Source: Endomicrobiia bacterium
Lineage (GTDB): Bacteria > Elusimicrobiota > Endomicrobiia > DTEH01
Length of the DNA: 62,923 bases
Direction: 5' to 3'
Assembly: GCA_025060535.1 (NCBI GenBank)
Contig: JANXCA010000002.1
Coordinates: forward strand, 1 to 62,923
Shown piece by piece: positions 38,008 through 46,663 of this stretch; positions within the stretch are counted from its first letter, which is position 1; the number at the start of each line of letters is the position of its first letter. The notes under the pieces are model-generated. The model was not told the origin of the DNA. It did no database searches and worked only from the letters and a program-made list of their open reading frames with translations. The position numbers were made by a program, and so were the translations under genes.

Positions 38008-38787
38008 TTAATTACTATTTTCTATAAGGTCTGCAAAAACTCTGCCTATTAACACTCTGCTTTCTAACTTTACAGGAAGTTTCTTTTTATCGTTAGTAAG
38101 ATAAACAAATAATCTTCCTTTTGCTCTAAAAAGTGGAAATCTCTTTAAATCCACTTTTGGTTCTATTTTAAAACATTCATATACCTTATCAAAAACTTCT
38201 ACTTTTTGAATTTTTAAAACATCAACTACCATAGGATAGATTACTTTGCCAGAATAAACCTCTATTCTATATTGTCTACCAACTTCTATATCCTGCAGTC
38301 TTAACCACCATAAGGCAGAAACCACATCTTGTAAAAAATCTGAAATATACCCAGTAGTATTATTTATTAAATCTCTCCATAAATTATTATTGTAATCAAA
38401 AATAACATTTTCTTTAATAACTTTACCAGCTTCATCTTGGTAGCTAAAAAATTTTAAAGAATAAAATCCTTTATAATCAATGTATGAAACTGTTTGATTT
38501 CTTACTTTATATATTAAATCAAATGACTTATTTGAAGTAGTTTTAGTAAAAACAAAGTATATTTTTTTTCCCTGTACTTCATCTAATATAAGACCCATTT
38601 CTGCATCTGCAGCATATAAAAATTCCCAGTAAACTTTATATCTTAAAATTTCATTCTGGGTATAGTATACACCCACATCTCTCAATTCTAAATTTGCAGC
38701 TATCTTGTTTATCTCTTTAAATTCTTCTGGGGAGGCAATTTTGTTCAAAAAAATAATTATTAAAACTGTTAAAAAGGATTTACACAT
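38008..38787 (-). CDS. DUF3108-like secreted protein
   Basis: Signal peptide, then LRYKVYWEFLYAADAEMGL, which resembles the DUF3108 start motif. The rest is beta-rich. Sits between hldD and gmhB. Confidence 0.5.
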   Translation of the reverse strand: MCKSFLTVLIIIFLNKIASPEEFKEINKIAANLELRDVGVYYTQNEILRYKVYWEFLYAADAEMGLILDEVQGKKIYFVFTKTTSNKSFDLIYKVRNQTVSYIDYKGFYSLKFFSYQDEAGKVIKENVIFDYNNNLWRDLINNTTGYISDFLQDVVSALWWLRLQDIEVGRQYRIEVYSGKVIYPMVVDVLKIQKVEVFDKVYECFKIEPKVDLKRFPLFRAKGRLFVYLTNDKKKLPVKLESRVLIGRVFADLIENSN

Positions 38788-39308
38788 TTTATTATTATAT
38801 CAACGGCATCTTTAAAATTACTTACCACATAGTCTGCTTGTGTATTTATATTCTTATCTTTTGTAATTAAAATACTTTTTATACCTAAATTCTTTCCAAA
38901 CTCTATATCTGTTTCTTTATCTCCTATCATAAAAGATGTTTTTTTGTCGATTAAATTTAAAACATCTTTCTCAACCATACCCACTTTAGGTTTTCTACAA
39001 TTGCAATTATCTTCAGGTAAATGTGGACAGTAGTAAATTTTAAATACATCTACCCCATTTAGGCTTAGTTCTTCCCTAATTTTTTTATGTATTAGCTCTA
39101 AATTTTCCAACCTTACTAAACCCCTTGCTATACCAGACTGATTAGTAACTAATATAAACTTAAACCCTAAAGAATTCAACTTTTGAAGTCCTTCCTTTAC
39201 TCCTTCTATAAACTCCACACCATCTGGGTCATTAAGGTATACCTTATCAACTATAATTGTACCATCTCTATCTAAAAAAACTACACTGAGTTTATTAGTT
39301 CCTTCCAT
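38769..39308 (-). CDS. gmhB: D-glycero-D-manno-heptose 1,7-bisphosphate 7-phosphatase
   Basis: HAD motifs VFLDRDGTI, TNQSG, MIGDKETD, and the GmhB-specific zinc loop CPH....CNCRKPKVGM. Confidence 0.85.
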   Translation of the reverse strand: MEGTNKLSVVFLDRDGTIIVDKVYLNDPDGVEFIEGVKEGLQKLNSLGFKFILVTNQSGIARGLVRLENLELIHKKIREELSLNGVDVFKIYYCPHLPEDNCNCRKPKVGMVEKDVLNLIDKKTSFMIGDKETDIEFGKNLGIKSILITKDKNINTQADYVVSNFKDAVDIIIKCVNPF

Positions 39309-40351
39309 AAATCTTTACCTTCTGTAATCTCTAAGACAATATCTATATAAAAAATTTTTTCCAAATAAAACTTTTCAATTTTATCTAAATATTTTAAAAT
39401 CCTTACTGCATCTTTCCTAGTAATTACTAAGGGAAATGAGCTTTTTTTAAAAATATTTTTTATGTTTTTTATCTTATACCAATAATGGTCAGGATAAAAA
39501 AATTTTTTTTCTATGTCAAATCCTTCTATTTCTAACATTCTAATAAGAACAGATGGATCAGCTATACCGCAAGATAAATTTATTTTTTTATAAAGAAGTA
39601 AAAATTCATATGGAGCAAATTTCTTATTTGTTAAAATATTTACAAAATTTTTTATTATATAATTAGTAGTAATAATTTTGATTCTACTGTTTATATTTTT
39701 TGCTTTTTTCTTTATACTTTCTAATAAATCATCAGGCACGAATTTTGAATGATTAAGTATTAAAAAATTAACTCGTTTTAGAGCGAAACAAAAAGGTTCT
39801 CTTAAATTACCCAAAGGCAACAAACACTGAAATTTCGTAAAATCCATAGTATTTAAAACTAAAACACTAATATCTTTATAAAAAGAAAAATCTTGTAAAC
39901 CATCATCACAAATAACTATATCTGCAAGCTTCTTTTCTAATAAATAATTAAGCGCTTCTTTTCTTTTTTCATTAACAAATACATGGACTTTTAACTCATT
40001 AAATAACATAAAAGCCTCATCTCCCATTTTATCTACATAATCATAAGAACAATTATCTTGCTGAGAAACGAATAAAGGAATTTTTGACTTTCTTTTATAA
40101 CCACGGGTTAGAATTGCCACGGATTTTTTTAGATTTTTTAGGTCTTGAATAATTTTTTTTACAATTTCTGTCTTCCCTGTACCTCCTAATGTAATGTTTC
40201 CTATACATATTATTTTTAGACCATAATATCTTTTTTGTCTCCTTTGTTTTGTAAGTTTTATGATATTAAAAATCAAAAAATATACAGGTACAAAAAATAC
40301 TAAAATTGGAGAAAGTAAGAATCTTATTAAAATTATCATTTTTCTTTCCAT
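39281..40351 (-). CDS. lpxK: Tetraacyldisaccharide 4'-kinase
   Basis: N-terminal TM helix, P-loop GNITLGGTGKTE, DDGLQ motif. Confidence 0.85.
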   Translation of the reverse strand: MERKMIILIRFLLSPILVFFVPVYFLIFNIIKLTKQRRQKRYYGLKIICIGNITLGGTGKTEIVKKIIQDLKNLKKSVAILTRGYKRKSKIPLFVSQQDNCSYDYVDKMGDEAFMLFNELKVHVFVNEKRKEALNYLLEKKLADIVICDDGLQDFSFYKDISVLVLNTMDFTKFQCLLPLGNLREPFCFALKRVNFLILNHSKFVPDDLLESIKKKAKNINSRIKIITTNYIIKNFVNILTNKKFAPYEFLLLYKKINLSCGIADPSVLIRMLEIEGFDIEKKFFYPDHYWYKIKNIKNIFKKSSFPLVITRKDAVRILKYLDKIEKFYLEKIFYIDIVLEITEGKDLWKELINSV

Positions 40352-41196
40352 CTTTTATGCAACCACATCCACTGGTCTGGGTAGTTTCTGATGTAGTTTT
40401 CTATAATTTTATTCATATATAAAGTATTGTATTCTAAATCTTTTTTCAAGTCTCCACTATATTTGGGGAGATAAGGTTTTTCTATATAAATACTATACTT
40501 ACCACCTTCCATTATACAAAACATTGGTATAATTTTACTTTTTAATCTTTTATTTAGAATAGTGATAATAGGAGTGGTAAATGCTTTCCGACCTAAAAAA
40601 TCCACCCTTAAAGAACCTTCAGCTATATGTTGGTCTGGCAAAATATATAGTATGCCTCCATTTTTAAGCCAGTTAATTATTGAGCTTAGTTGATGGGGAT
40701 AAAAAACTTTTCCACCAAGTTTTTCCCTTAATTTGGTAACTTCTCTATTAACTATTTTATTTCTTAACTCTCTTACAATAGCTGCTATCTTATATCCTTC
40801 AAGGACTAATCTCTGTGCTAAAATTTCCCAGTTACCAATGTGCGCAGTAAAAATTATCGTGTTGTCACATAATTCTTTCAAATTAGTTTTATTTACAAAT
40901 TTTGTTTTTAACAAAATTTTTTTAGGATTATTTATATATTTAAAAGCAAGCACAAAAGTCAAGCCTATATTATACCATACTCTATTAGCGATTTTTAGTA
41001 TTTCCTTAGAGTTTTTCTCCGGAAAACTTAAGTACAAATTTTTAATCATTAGTTTTTGTCTTGAATATATAGTAAATTTTACTATAACTACAATAATTTT
41101 TAAGATAAATTTAATTACTACTTCTGGTAAAAACAAACAAATTACTTTTAAGCAATAAAAACATAAATACTCAAACCACTCTTTTACTTTTATCAT
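40336..41196 (-). CDS. lpxL: Lipid A biosynthesis (Kdo)2-lipid IVA acyltransferase (LpxL/LpxM family)
   Basis: TAHIGNWE (HxxxxE acyltransferase motif) and a C-terminal YPDQWMWLHKRWK, typical of the HtrB/MsbB family. Confidence 0.8.
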   Translation of the reverse strand: MIKVKEWFEYLCFYCLKVICLFLPEVVIKFILKIIVVIVKFTIYSRQKLMIKNLYLSFPEKNSKEILKIANRVWYNIGLTFVLAFKYINNPKKILLKTKFVNKTNLKELCDNTIIFTAHIGNWEILAQRLVLEGYKIAAIVRELRNKIVNREVTKLREKLGGKVFYPHQLSSIINWLKNGGILYILPDQHIAEGSLRVDFLGRKAFTTPIITILNKRLKSKIIPMFCIMEGGKYSIYIEKPYLPKYSGDLKKDLEYNTLYMNKIIENYIRNYPDQWMWLHKRWKEK

Positions 41197-41996
41197 AATC
41201 CTAAAAATATTTTTATATAAAACTCAAAATTCTTAAAAAAATCATCAAAACTCATATAAGACCATTCTTTCCATTCTACTCTAGGAAGAAAAAAAAAGTC
41301 AACATTCTTTTTCTCTATAAGAGCAGCATTTAGAGTTGTAGCTGTTAAATATCCTTCTTTAGAAAGAATCTCTTTGTGATTTTTAAAATACTTGCCAAAC
41401 GGATAACAAAAATGATTTACCTTAACATTTAACATCTCTTCAAGAAATTTTTTTGATTCCTTTATCTCATATAAAACTTCTTCATATGATATCTTAGTTA
41501 AATCAGGATGATTAATTGTATGACTCCCTAATTCAAAAACATCTAACATTTTTTTAACTTTTTCCAACGAAATCATATCAGCAGGTGGCATATTGGGATA
41601 TGAGTAAACTCCATTTAAAATTGCTTTTATGTGTAGATAAGCTGTAGCTTTAAAATTATATTTTTTTAAAATATAATATGCATCTTCTAAACTCTTATAT
41701 CCATCATCAAAAGTAATACAAAAAACTTTTTTTAGTGGAAGGTTATTCTCTATGCGATATCTTAACTCAGAAAGTGTAATACTCTTATAACCTCTATTAT
41801 AAAGAAAATTCATCTGCCTATTAAAAGTATCCTTTTTAACATATAATGATTTTAACCCCCCTTTATAATCACCTATCTGGTGATAGACTAAAATGAAGGC
41901 AGTATCATTATACTTAAAATAAAAAAATAGATATATACTTGTTAAAAACACAACTAGTCCTATAATTTTTTTTATATTTTGTGATATTCTATTCAT
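41193..41996 (-). CDS. Polysaccharide deacetylase (NodB-fold) with N-terminal membrane anchor
   Basis: ITFDDGY and GSHTINHPDL metal-binding motifs. One N-terminal TM segment. Confidence 0.8.
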   Translation of the reverse strand: MNRISQNIKKIIGLVVFLTSIYLFFYFKYNDTAFILVYHQIGDYKGGLKSLYVKKDTFNRQMNFLYNRGYKSITLSELRYRIENNLPLKKVFCITFDDGYKSLEDAYYILKKYNFKATAYLHIKAILNGVYSYPNMPPADMISLEKVKKMLDVFELGSHTINHPDLTKISYEEVLYEIKESKKFLEEMLNVKVNHFCYPFGKYFKNHKEILSKEGYLTATTLNAALIEKKNVDFFFLPRVEWKEWSYMSFDDFFKNFEFYIKIFLGL

Positions 41997-43048
41997 CTTG
42001 AATAAAACCTTAGATACTCATCTATCATATTTGAGTAAGAAAAATTTTTTAGAAAGTCATTAATATATTTAACATTACTTTCTTTTAAATCTAATATAGC
42101 AGAAGCAAATTTTTTAGGATTTCTTTCTTTAATAATTTTAACTAAACTTGGTAGTTTTTTCACTTCATATTCATCAACTGCATCAGTAGAAACTACAGGT
42201 TTTAACAAAGCTAAACTTTCAATAATACTTCTAGGTAATCCTTCATAATAAGAACAGCACAAAATAACATCTGAAGAAAATATATAATCATCTACATTAC
42301 TTACAAACCCAGTAAGTATTACATTTTCTGAGAGATTTAAAATTTTGATTTTGTTTATCAAATATTCATAAAAGTCTTCATCTTCTTTTTTTCCTATAAT
42401 AAAAAGTTTAGCTTTGTATCCATTTTTTATTAATTCATATAAAATCTCTATAGCAAAATCTTGTGCTTTATTTTTTTCTATTCTACCTATTATTGACAGA
42501 ACTATTTCATTATTAGATATATTATATTTTTTTCTTATGTTTTTTGGTTGTTTTTTTTCAAATATAAAACCATCATAAATAACTTTTATTTTTTCATCTT
42601 TTATTTTAAAGTCTTCTTTAAGATACTTTTTAATCTTTTCAGATACTGCAATTATACCATCACAACTATGATACAGTATTCTATTTATAATCTTTTTTAT
42701 ACCTTTTTTTCTATATTCCACATTTCTTGTAATAAATACCTTTTTATTTAATATTTTACCCACAAAAAGTCCCAACCAATAAAATTTAGGTGAATGGATA
42801 TCTAATATATCTATTTTGTACTTTAATAAGATATAAAAGATTTTAATTCCTGCTAAAAAATCTAAATCAAATACAGGATGGATATTGAATATCTTTATTT
42901 TATTTTTTAACAACTTATTTAATCTACTTGTTGAAAGGCATATTAACACTACAGTGTGATTTCTTTCTTTAAAACCTTTACAGCAAAGATATACTCTTTG
43001 AGCTCCTCCTGACCAGTATCTGGCTGCATCAAATATTGCTATATTCAT
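41993..43048 (-). CDS. Glycosyltransferase family 4 (GT-B fold)
   Basis: C-terminal EGLPRSIIESLALLKPVVSTD (E-x7-E-type motif). 351 aa. Confidence 0.8.
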   Translation of the reverse strand: MNIAIFDAARYWSGGAQRVYLCCKGFKERNHTVVLICLSTSRLNKLLKNKIKIFNIHPVFDLDFLAGIKIFYILLKYKIDILDIHSPKFYWLGLFVGKILNKKVFITRNVEYRKKGIKKIINRILYHSCDGIIAVSEKIKKYLKEDFKIKDEKIKVIYDGFIFEKKQPKNIRKKYNISNNEIVLSIIGRIEKNKAQDFAIEILYELIKNGYKAKLFIIGKKEDEDFYEYLINKIKILNLSENVILTGFVSNVDDYIFSSDVILCCSYYEGLPRSIIESLALLKPVVSTDAVDEYEVKKLPSLVKIIKERNPKKFASAILDLKESNVKYINDFLKNFSYSNMIDEYLRFYSR

Positions 43049-43100
43049 AAATTCAAAAGATTTTTAAAAATACCAAATTCTTTTTGTTATTGCAACAAAG

Positions 43101-44603
43101 ATGATAATTTTATACTTTACTAATACAATGAAAAAGACCTATTTAATAATCATAACTATAACTTTGTTTTCATTTTTTGGAATGTTTGGTAAGTTAGCAA
43201 TAACAGAACTACAACCACTGGGCTCTGCTGCTCACGCTGCAATTGCAAGAGAAATAATAAGAACCGGTGATTGGCTAACACTCCATTGGCCTTATTCAGA
43301 AGAATTTAGAGACTTCTATCAATTTCCTCCTTTATTCTTTTGGTTGCAGGCTTTATGTTTCAAAATCTTTGGCATATCAGATTTAACAGCTAAATTTGTA
43401 TCTTCATTTTTTGGAGTATTAGTAATTATAGCTACTTTTGTGCTTGCTAAAATCATTACTAACGATGAGTATATAGGATTTCTTTCTTCTTTAACTTTAA
43501 TACTCCATCCATATTTTTTTAGACACTCAAGAAAGTGTGAATTAGAAACAGGGTTAATTTTTTTTATAACTTTGGGAATAATTTTTTTTGTTCTTGCAGA
43601 AAAGAAAAATCAACCTAAATATTTATTATTAAGTGGTATATCCTCAGGTTTAGGATTTTTATATAAAGGACCTCCTGCATATTGTGTTGTAGCTAGTATT
43701 TTAATTTATTACTTAATTACTAAACAATATAAAAAAATCCTAAATCCATATCATATATTTTCCATCTTTATAAGCATACTTTTACCGTTTATATGGTTTA
43801 TTCCCCAGCTTATATATAAAGGTAATGCTTTAATTGAAAAATATTTTATAAACCAAATTCTTTGGTCTATCCAGGGCAGAGGTGCAAAATTCCAAAATGT
43901 ATTTGAAAAGATAAAAAATTACCTATTTTTCATACCCGTTTTTTTTAGCTACTATCTGCCTTGGAGTGTAACTGGATTATTTGGAGTGTATAAAACTATA
44001 AAAGAAAAAAATAAACTTTTTTATATAATAATCATATGGGTAGCTGTGGTGTGGATAGGATTTACTATAGCTGGTTATAAGGATGATTACTATCTTTTGG
44101 CATTTTGGCCTGGTTGGTGTGTAGTAAATGGTTATATATTTTCTATCTGGACACAAAAAATAAAAGAAAAAATAATTAATATCTTTGCAACTTTAAGCAT
44201 TATCTTTAGTCTCTTAGTTATTTTTACTCCTATTAAGTTTGACAAAGTAAGAAATCCAGAATTTAAAAAACTCTCTGAATATATAAAAAATACAGTCCCT
44301 CAAGACAAAAAAATAATTACTTATAAACTTCCTTACTATGATATGATTGCTTTAATACCATGGTATTGGGATAGAGGAGTAGAAAAATCATCTTATATAG
44401 AAGAAAAATTAAAAAATAAAAAAGCATGGAAAGAAAAATCTATTGATACAGAAGAGGAACTTCTAAATCTAATTAACAAAAATCAACAATTTATATTAAT
44501 AAAGAAAACAGATTATGACAACCTCTCAAAAGAAATAAAAGATAGAATAAAAATACTAAAAGAAGAAGGAAGATTTTACTTTTGTGTTTCTGAAAAGTTA
44601 TAA
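43101..44603 (+). CDS. ArnT/PMT-like (GT83/GT39-type) polyprenyl-phosphate-sugar-dependent glycosyltransferase
   Basis: 500 aa with about 11 TM segments and a soluble C-terminal domain. General architecture of lipid A / protein glycosyl transferases of the ArnT family. This is the only plus-strand gene. The start could be the second Met at 43128. Confidence 0.7.
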   Translation: MIILYFTNTMKKTYLIIITITLFSFFGMFGKLAITELQPLGSAAHAAIAREIIRTGDWLTLHWPYSEEFRDFYQFPPLFFWLQALCFKIFGISDLTAKFVSSFFGVLVIIATFVLAKIITNDEYIGFLSSLTLILHPYFFRHSRKCELETGLIFFITLGIIFFVLAEKKNQPKYLLLSGISSGLGFLYKGPPAYCVVASILIYYLITKQYKKILNPYHIFSIFISILLPFIWFIPQLIYKGNALIEKYFINQILWSIQGRGAKFQNVFEKIKNYLFFIPVFFSYYLPWSVTGLFGVYKTIKEKNKLFYIIIIWVAVVWIGFTIAGYKDDYYLLAFWPGWCVVNGYIFSIWTQKIKEKIINIFATLSIIFSLLVIFTPIKFDKVRNPEFKKLSEYIKNTVPQDKKIITYKLPYYDMIALIPWYWDRGVEKSSYIEEKLKNKKAWKEKSIDTEEELLNLINKNQQFILIKKTDYDNLSKEIKDRIKILKEEGRFYFCVSEKL

Positions 44604-45745
44604 TTTAAAGATAACAAAAAAAATAAAACATATGGAGCATAGTGAGCTCTAAATGGCTCATCTACAAGTCCATAAACTAAAAATACTATTACACTTCCTA
44701 AAACTCCTAAACTAAAAGTTTTATAATAAACATCTGTTGAAAGTTTATAAATACTTATTAAGTTTTTTAAAACTTCTAAAAACAAATATAAAAATAAACC
44801 CAAACCTAAAACTCCAACTTCAAATAATATATGAAGATACATATTATGCGGATGAAAATGTCCTTTTTCACTAAAATCCGGATATTTCTGGTAAAATACT
44901 TTTCTAAAACTATCCGGGCCATAACCTAAAATAGGTCTTTTAATTATTAAAGTAGGTGTAATCTTTAAAAATTCTTTTCTTACAGATTCTTGTATAGTAA
45001 ATGTTCTAAGAATTCTACTTCTACTTGATGGAATTCCAAATAACAAAATTATCATTATAAAAAAAAATAAAAAGAATTTTTTATCTAAAGATATAGCAAA
45101 GAATATAAAAAATAATAATACCCCCAACCAAATACCTCTTGTAAAAGTAAGAATTATACTTAATAAAATAAATAAAGATGAAAAGACATATATAAATTTT
45201 TCTCTTTTATCTTTTAAATAATAAAACAAACAAAATACCAAAGGAAAAACTAATCCCATCACTCCTGCTAAAGAATTAAAATGTCCAGCTAAACCTATCA
45301 CCCTTTGATATTTCTGATAACCTTTATTTATAATATCTAACCCAGTAAAATACTGAAGAATACTATAAATAGAATGAAAAATTATAAAAAAAAGAAAAAT
45401 ATAAAAAATTTTTTTAGCATAACTTTTTTCTAATAAAGAACCAGAAAACAACAAAACAAAATATCCTAAAATAGTGCCTGTCCTTTTTATACTAGAAGGG
45501 ACATCATATGAAAAAATTGTAGATAATATCAAAACAATAACAAACAAACCAGTTATATACAGAAGTCTTTTGTAAGAAGAGAAGTAAAAAAATCTCTTTT
45601 GAGATGCACAAAAAATTATATATCCTAAACTTAACAATCCTACAGATATACCTATCGCTGATATTGAAAAAGATACAAAAATAGCAAAAATAACTATACT
45701 TATTTTTATTATGGATAACCCAATATTTTTTATGTTTAATTTCAC
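44576..45745 (-). CDS. O-antigen ligase / Wzy_C-family membrane protein
   Basis: About 10 TM segments, with a loop containing GHFHPHNMYLHILFEVG, typical of WaaL/Wzy_C proteins. Convergent with the ArnT-like gene and overlaps it by 28 nt. Confidence 0.7.
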   Translation of the reverse strand: MKLNIKNIGLSIIKISIVIFAIFVSFSISAIGISVGLLSLGYIIFCASQKRFFYFSSYKRLLYITGLFVIVLILSTIFSYDVPSSIKRTGTILGYFVLLFSGSLLEKSYAKKIFYIFLFFIIFHSIYSILQYFTGLDIINKGYQKYQRVIGLAGHFNSLAGVMGLVFPLVFCLFYYLKDKREKFIYVFSSLFILLSIILTFTRGIWLGVLLFFIFFAISLDKKFFLFFFIMIILLFGIPSSRSRILRTFTIQESVRKEFLKITPTLIIKRPILGYGPDSFRKVFYQKYPDFSEKGHFHPHNMYLHILFEVGVLGLGLFLYLFLEVLKNLISIYKLSTDVYYKTFSLGVLGSVIVFLVYGLVDEPFRAHYAPYVLFFLLSLNYNFSETQK

Positions 45746-46134
45746 TTTACTATATTCTTTTCTCGCGGAACCCAGTTAAAACTATAACTTAGGAAATTTT
45801 CTGCTAAAAGATTTTTGACTTTGCTTCTTAAAATTCTTAACTGAGTTTTTTTACATTCATATTCTCCGGTAAGTTGTTTTATTACAAGTTGAGAATCACC
45901 ATATATATCTAACACCACATTTTTTAAATCAAAGTTTTTATCTTTAAAATACTGTAACGCTTTTTCTATCCCTTTTATAACGCCAAAATATTCTGCTTCT
46001 GGAACAGTTGTATTTTGAGGAAGTTCTAAAGTTTCTTCAAAAATTACCTTATCCTCATAAGTGGTTAAACTATAAGAACAACTTACACCTTCAGGAGTTT
46101 TGTTGCCATCAAAATAAAGTTTAAATTTATTCAT
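45742..46134 (-). CDS. RNase H-like (RNase HI / RVT_3-type) domain protein, short
   Basis: YFDGN (Asp), EAEYFGVIKG (Glu), IYGDSQLVIKQ (Asp), WVPREKN. Ends 3 residues after the WVPREKN motif. Confidence 0.6.
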   Translation of the reverse strand: MNKFKLYFDGNKTPEGVSCSYSLTTYEDKVIFEETLELPQNTTVPEAEYFGVIKGIEKALQYFKDKNFDLKNVVLDIYGDSQLVIKQLTGEYECKKTQLRILRSKVKNLLAENFLSYSFNWVPREKNIVK

Positions 46135-46139
46135 CTAAT

Positions 46140-46427
46140 TTATAATTTATCTTTTTTAAGTTTTTCAAAAACTGGCTTTATATCTTTAGAGATTTCCTTT
46201 GTCAGATGGTCATTTTCTACTTTTTTTATTATTTTATCTCGTTCTTTTATAAATAACGGTTGAACTCCAACTTTAGGCAAAACAAAAAAATTAAAAATAT
46301 AAAGAATAAGAAACAATATTACAACCCAAAGTAAAATTTTTAATAAAATAGAAGTTATCTTTATAACTACCTGTAAGATAAAAATCAAAACAACTAAAAT
46401 TATTGCCAAAGCTACCAATTTATCCAT
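46140..46427 (-). CDS. Small hypothetical membrane protein (2 TM + charged tail)
   Basis: Two hydrophobic helices followed by a K/E-rich tail. Tightly packed between nfu and the RNase H-like gene. No recognisable family. Confidence 0.4.
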   Translation of the reverse strand: MDKLVALAIILVVLIFILQVVIKITSILLKILLWVVILFLILYIFNFFVLPKVGVQPLFIKERDKIIKKVENDHLTKEISKDIKPVFEKLKKDKL

Positions 46428-46429
46428 AA

Positions 46430-46663
46430 TTAAACACTTTCTACAGATTTTACCTCAGGTATATTCTTTTTAAGATACCCTTCAATCCCCATCTTAAGTG
46501 TTAACAAAGACATAGCGCAATGAGCACAGGTTCCTGTAAGTTTTACTTTTACTATTCCTTCATCCGTTATTTCTACAATCTCTACATCACCTCCGTCTCT
46601 TTGTAACATTGGTCTTATTTCTTCTATTTTTTGTTTTATTTTTTGTTTTATTTCTTCATTCAT
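46430..46663 (-). CDS. NifU C-terminal-domain (Nfu-type) Fe-S scaffold protein
   Basis: IRPMLQRDGGDVEIVEI...V.L.GTCAHCAMS (CxxC). Confidence 0.85.
   Translation of the reverse strand: MNEEIKQKIKQKIEEIRPMLQRDGGDVEIVEITDEGIVKVKLTGTCAHCAMSLLTLKMGIEGYLKKNIPEVKSVESV

Noticed and set aside
40733-41158. Plus-strand ORFs of 60-141 aa antisense to confident minus-strand genes. Examples are 40733..41158, 51342..51767, 2862..3251, 24589..24957, 52522..52893, 28051..28365, 29205..29528 and 937..1218.
   Set aside because: - Every one lies entirely opposite a gene with clear family motifs.
- Their translations are low-complexity (F/L/I/S/K-rich) with no recognisable domains.
- None has an upstream RBS that I could find.
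- They are best explained as shadow ORFs from T-rich antisense strands in an AT-rich genome.
45742-46134. The RNase H/RVT_3-like gene as a remnant of a retroelement or a defence-associated reverse transcriptase.
   Set aside because: - There is no reverse-transcriptase domain, ncRNA-like structured region, repeat or nuclease partner nearby.
- The gene is embedded in a tight housekeeping string.
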